Of a stretch of 64,000 nucleotides of DNA, positions 61,628 to 64,000 are shown one piece after another; position 1 is the stretch's first letter, and each line of letters starts with the position of its first letter. The DNA is from Reyranellaceae bacterium. Lineage in GTDB: Bacteria; Pseudomonadota; Alphaproteobacteria; Reyranellales; JAQSWP01. The position numbers and the translations under genes are program-made. The stretch lies in NCBI GenBank assembly GCA_050181585.1, contig JBFXDA010000013.1, forward strand, positions 21,409 to 85,408, written 5' to 3'. Under the pieces are notes generated by a model. The model was not told the DNA's origin. It searched no databases and was given only the letters and a program-made list of their open reading frames with translations.

Positions 61628-61639
61628 GCCCGGCCGCCT

Positions 61640-62500
61640 TTAGCGCTTGCCGCCGGGCGGCGGCCCGTCCGGCGTGATGGTGCCGGTGACGCGGCCGCTG
61701 CCGGGCGCGCCGGGCGTGGCGGTGCCGGGCAGCAGGCGATAGACGCCGGTGCGCATGTTGACCTCGGCGCGCTCGCCGTTGAGGCGATCGGCGCCGCGCA
61801 CGATCTGCACGCCGCCGGTGAGCTGCGCCTCCTTGGTCTCGGGGTCGTAGGTGGCGCGGGCGGCCCGGGCGACGTTCTCCTTGTTGGCGATCTCGACGTT
61901 GCCGATGGCGTCGACGCGCGCCAGCTCGCGCCGGGTGCGGCCGGGATCGTCGGCGCGCGGCCGGTCCTCGAAATAGCCGACCATCATGTCGGCCTTGACG
62001 GTCTCGTCCTCGCGCGCCGCCACCGCATTGCCGCGCGCCACCGCGGTGCGCTGCACCTCCCAGTATTCCAGGCTGTCGCTGGCGGTGATCCTGGTGCCGG
62101 AGGAGACGTAGGAGAGATCCTTGCCGGTGAGCGTCAGCACCTTGCGATCGACGTCGTAGACCGCCCGATCGCCGCGCGCCACGTCGCCGCCGTTGTTCAG
62201 CACCACGCCGCCGGTGGCCTCGACGCGGTAGATTTCCGACTTGCCGTCGTCCTTGTCGCGGTAATGCGCCGTCAGCACCGCGCCGCGCACGGTGAAGGTG
62301 CCGCGCTTGACCTGGGCATTGCCGCGGGCGGTGTAGGTCTTCTGCTCCTTGTTCCACTCGATGCCGTTGTCGGCGGTGACCTCGAGCGGCCGACCGCCGG
62401 CGCCGGGCGCGGTCGTCGTCGCCTGCTGCGCGGCGGCCGGCGACAGCGCCACGGCGCTAAGCAGAGCGCCGACCAGGGCGAGAACCGGGAGCCGGCGCAT
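61640..62500 (-). CDS. lptA: LptA/OstA family periplasmic LPS transport protein
   Basis: Signal peptide, LEVTADNGIEW, ARGNAQV, GERAEVNMRTG; position between lptC and lptB. Confidence 0.85.
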   Translation of the reverse strand: MRRLPVLALVGALLSAVALSPAAAQQATTTAPGAGGRPLEVTADNGIEWNKEQKTYTARGNAQVKRGTFTVRGAVLTAHYRDKDDGKSEIYRVEATGGVVLNNGGDVARGDRAVYDVDRKVLTLTGKDLSYVSSGTRITASDSLEYWEVQRTAVARGNAVAAREDETVKADMMVGYFEDRPRADDPGRTRRELARVDAIGNVEIANKENVARAARATYDPETKEAQLTGGVQIVRGADRLNGERAEVNMRTGVYRLLPGTATPGAPGSGRVTGTITPDGPPPGGKR

Positions 62501-63189
62501 CACTGCGTCTCGTCCGACAGGCCGGGCAGCGCGCCGCCGTCGTGCAGCACCAGATGCGCCTTGCCGGTGAACTCGATGATGCGGCCGCGATCGTCGACGC
62601 GGAAGCCTTCGGAATTGACGTGGCCGGCCGGCCCCTGCCCTTCGACCGGCGCATCGCCGCTGGCGACGCCGGCCTTCAGGTCGATCGACGCCTTCTCCGT
62701 CGTCACTTGGTAGCCGTCGTCGCGGAACAGCTCGACATGGCCCCGCAGGTCGAGCCACTGCTTCTTCTGGTCGTAGCGGCCGGCATCGGCGGAGAGCGAC
62801 ATCCAGCTCCCTTGCGGCGTCGTCAGGTCGCCCTTGGGCGAGACCAGGTCCATCGCCGTATCGTCGGGCTGGATCTGGATCGCGGCGTCGGCGGTGACGT
62901 TGAACCGGCGTTCGTGCCCGTCCGAACCGGTGAAGCGCGGGTTTTCCATGCGCATGTAGGTGTCGCCCGCCGGCACCACCGGCACCGACGACAGCCGGAA
63001 CGCGCCCTCGCCCAGCAGCAGCGGCCAGACCAGGCCGACGATCACCGCCAGCATGGCCAGCAGCGGAAAGCCCAGGCGCATCCACGGCACCAAGGGCGCC
63101 AGCGGCGAGACGCGCGGCGCGCCGCGCGGCTGCATCAGCACGCGATCGAGCCGCGCGCCGTCCTGGGGCGAGGACGAGGCTTGCGCCAT
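62500..63189 (-). CDS. lptC: LPS export protein LptC
   Basis: Single TM then MENPRFTG..VTADAA..LRGHV..GDAPVEGQGPAG. Confidence 0.85.
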   Translation of the reverse strand: MAQASSSPQDGARLDRVLMQPRGAPRVSPLAPLVPWMRLGFPLLAMLAVIVGLVWPLLLGEGAFRLSSVPVVPAGDTYMRMENPRFTGSDGHERRFNVTADAAIQIQPDDTAMDLVSPKGDLTTPQGSWMSLSADAGRYDQKKQWLDLRGHVELFRDDGYQVTTEKASIDLKAGVASGDAPVEGQGPAGHVNSEGFRVDDRGRIIEFTGKAHLVLHDGGALPGLSDETQ

Positions 63190-64000
63190 CAGGCCACGCC
63201 CGCCCGCAGGCAGTCGTGCAGATGCAGCACGCCGGCCAGCCGGCCGTCGTCGAGCACCAGCAGACTGGTGACCGGCCTGCCCTCGTTCATCAGCGCCATC
63301 GCTTCGGCCGCCAGGGCCTGGGGCCGGATGCTGCGCGGGTTGCGGGTCATGATCTCCTGCACCATCCGGCGCGGCAGGTCGTCCGACATGTGGCGGCGCA
63401 GGTCGCCGTCGGTGACGATCCCCAGCGGATGGCCGGCCTCGTCGACCACGCAGACGCAGCCCAGCCGCTTGGCCGTCATCTCCAGCAGCGCCTCCGACAT
63501 CGGCGTTCCCGGCCGGCACACCGGCATCTCGCCGCCGGCATGCATGAGATCGGACACGCGCAGCAGGCGCTTGCCGAGCTTGCCGCCCGGATGCAGCACC
63601 TGGAAATCGGCGGAGGTGAAGCCGCGCCGCTCCAGCAGCGCCACCGCCAGCGCATCGCCCAGCGCCAGCATGGCGGTGGTCGAGGTGGTCGGCGCCAGGC
63701 CCAGCGGACAGGCTTCGGTCAGCGGCGGCAGCACCAGCGCCACCGACGCGGCCTGCGCCAGCGCGCTGCGCGCGTTGCCGGTCATGCCGATCAGGGGAAT
63801 CGTGAAGCGGGCGGCATAGGCGATCAGGTCGGCCAGCTCGGCCGTCTCGCCGGAAAAGGACAGGGCCAGCACGGCGTCGTTGCGGCCGATCATGCCCAGA
63901 TCGCCGTGGCTGGCCTCGGCCGGATGGACGAACTGCGCCGGCGTGCCGGTGGACGCCAGGGTGGCGGCGATCTTGCGCGCGACATGGCCGCTCTTGCCCA
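63189..64000 (-). CDS. kdsD: KpsF/GutQ arabinose-5-phosphate isomerase (5' end beyond the window)
   Basis: GKSGHVARKIAATLASTGTPAQFVHPAEASHGDLG, APTTSTT, HPGGKLG, CBS pair. Confidence 0.95.
   Translation of the reverse strand, partial: GKSGHVARKIAATLASTGTPAQFVHPAEASHGDLGMIGRNDAVLALSFSGETAELADLIAYAARFTIPLIGMTGNARSALAQAASVALVLPPLTEACPLGLAPTTSTTAMLALGDALAVALLERRGFTSADFQVLHPGGKLGKRLLRVSDLMHAGGEMPVCRPGTPMSEALLEMTAKRLGCVCVVDEAGHPLGIVTDGDLRRHMSDDLPRRMVQEIMTRNPRSIRPQALAAEAMALMNEGRPVTSLLVLDDGRLAGVLHLHDCLRAGVA

Overview
High-GC alphaproteobacterial (Rhodospirillales-like) chromosome segment. Most of it is conserved core: ybaL, pckA, chvI/chvG, hprK-rapZ-manX-ptsH, ahcY, tsaE-amgK-murU-addB-addA-trxA, folC-accD-trpABF-pyrF, ihfB-rpsA-cmk-aroA, hemN, ibpA, ptsN-hpf-rpoN-lptBAC-kdsD. 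The main accessory region follows tRNA-Ala(GGC) at 39405-39480, whose 3' part recurs at 50742-50789 (exact) and 52537-52586 (degenerate). These repeats define two tandem integrated elements. The first is an 11.3-kb island with two tyrosine recombinases, an excisionase-like gene, five GGGTAAGCA arm-like sites, and a coupled methyltransferase-SF2 helicase-GIY-YIG/T5orf172 operon (YeeABC-like). That operon is the best candidate for a poorly described defence system; its methyltransferase appears to carry a swapped recognition region. The second element is a 1.8-kb integrase-less remnant encoding two exported proteins. Smaller signals: a gene bracketed by 139-bp inverted hairpin repeats, an orphan antitoxin preceded by a 3-codon scar ORF, REP-like doublets, an FNR box, a ROSE-like thermometer, and a probable sequence-error cluster that removes the addB stop codon. 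All family assignments come from motif recognition, not database searches.
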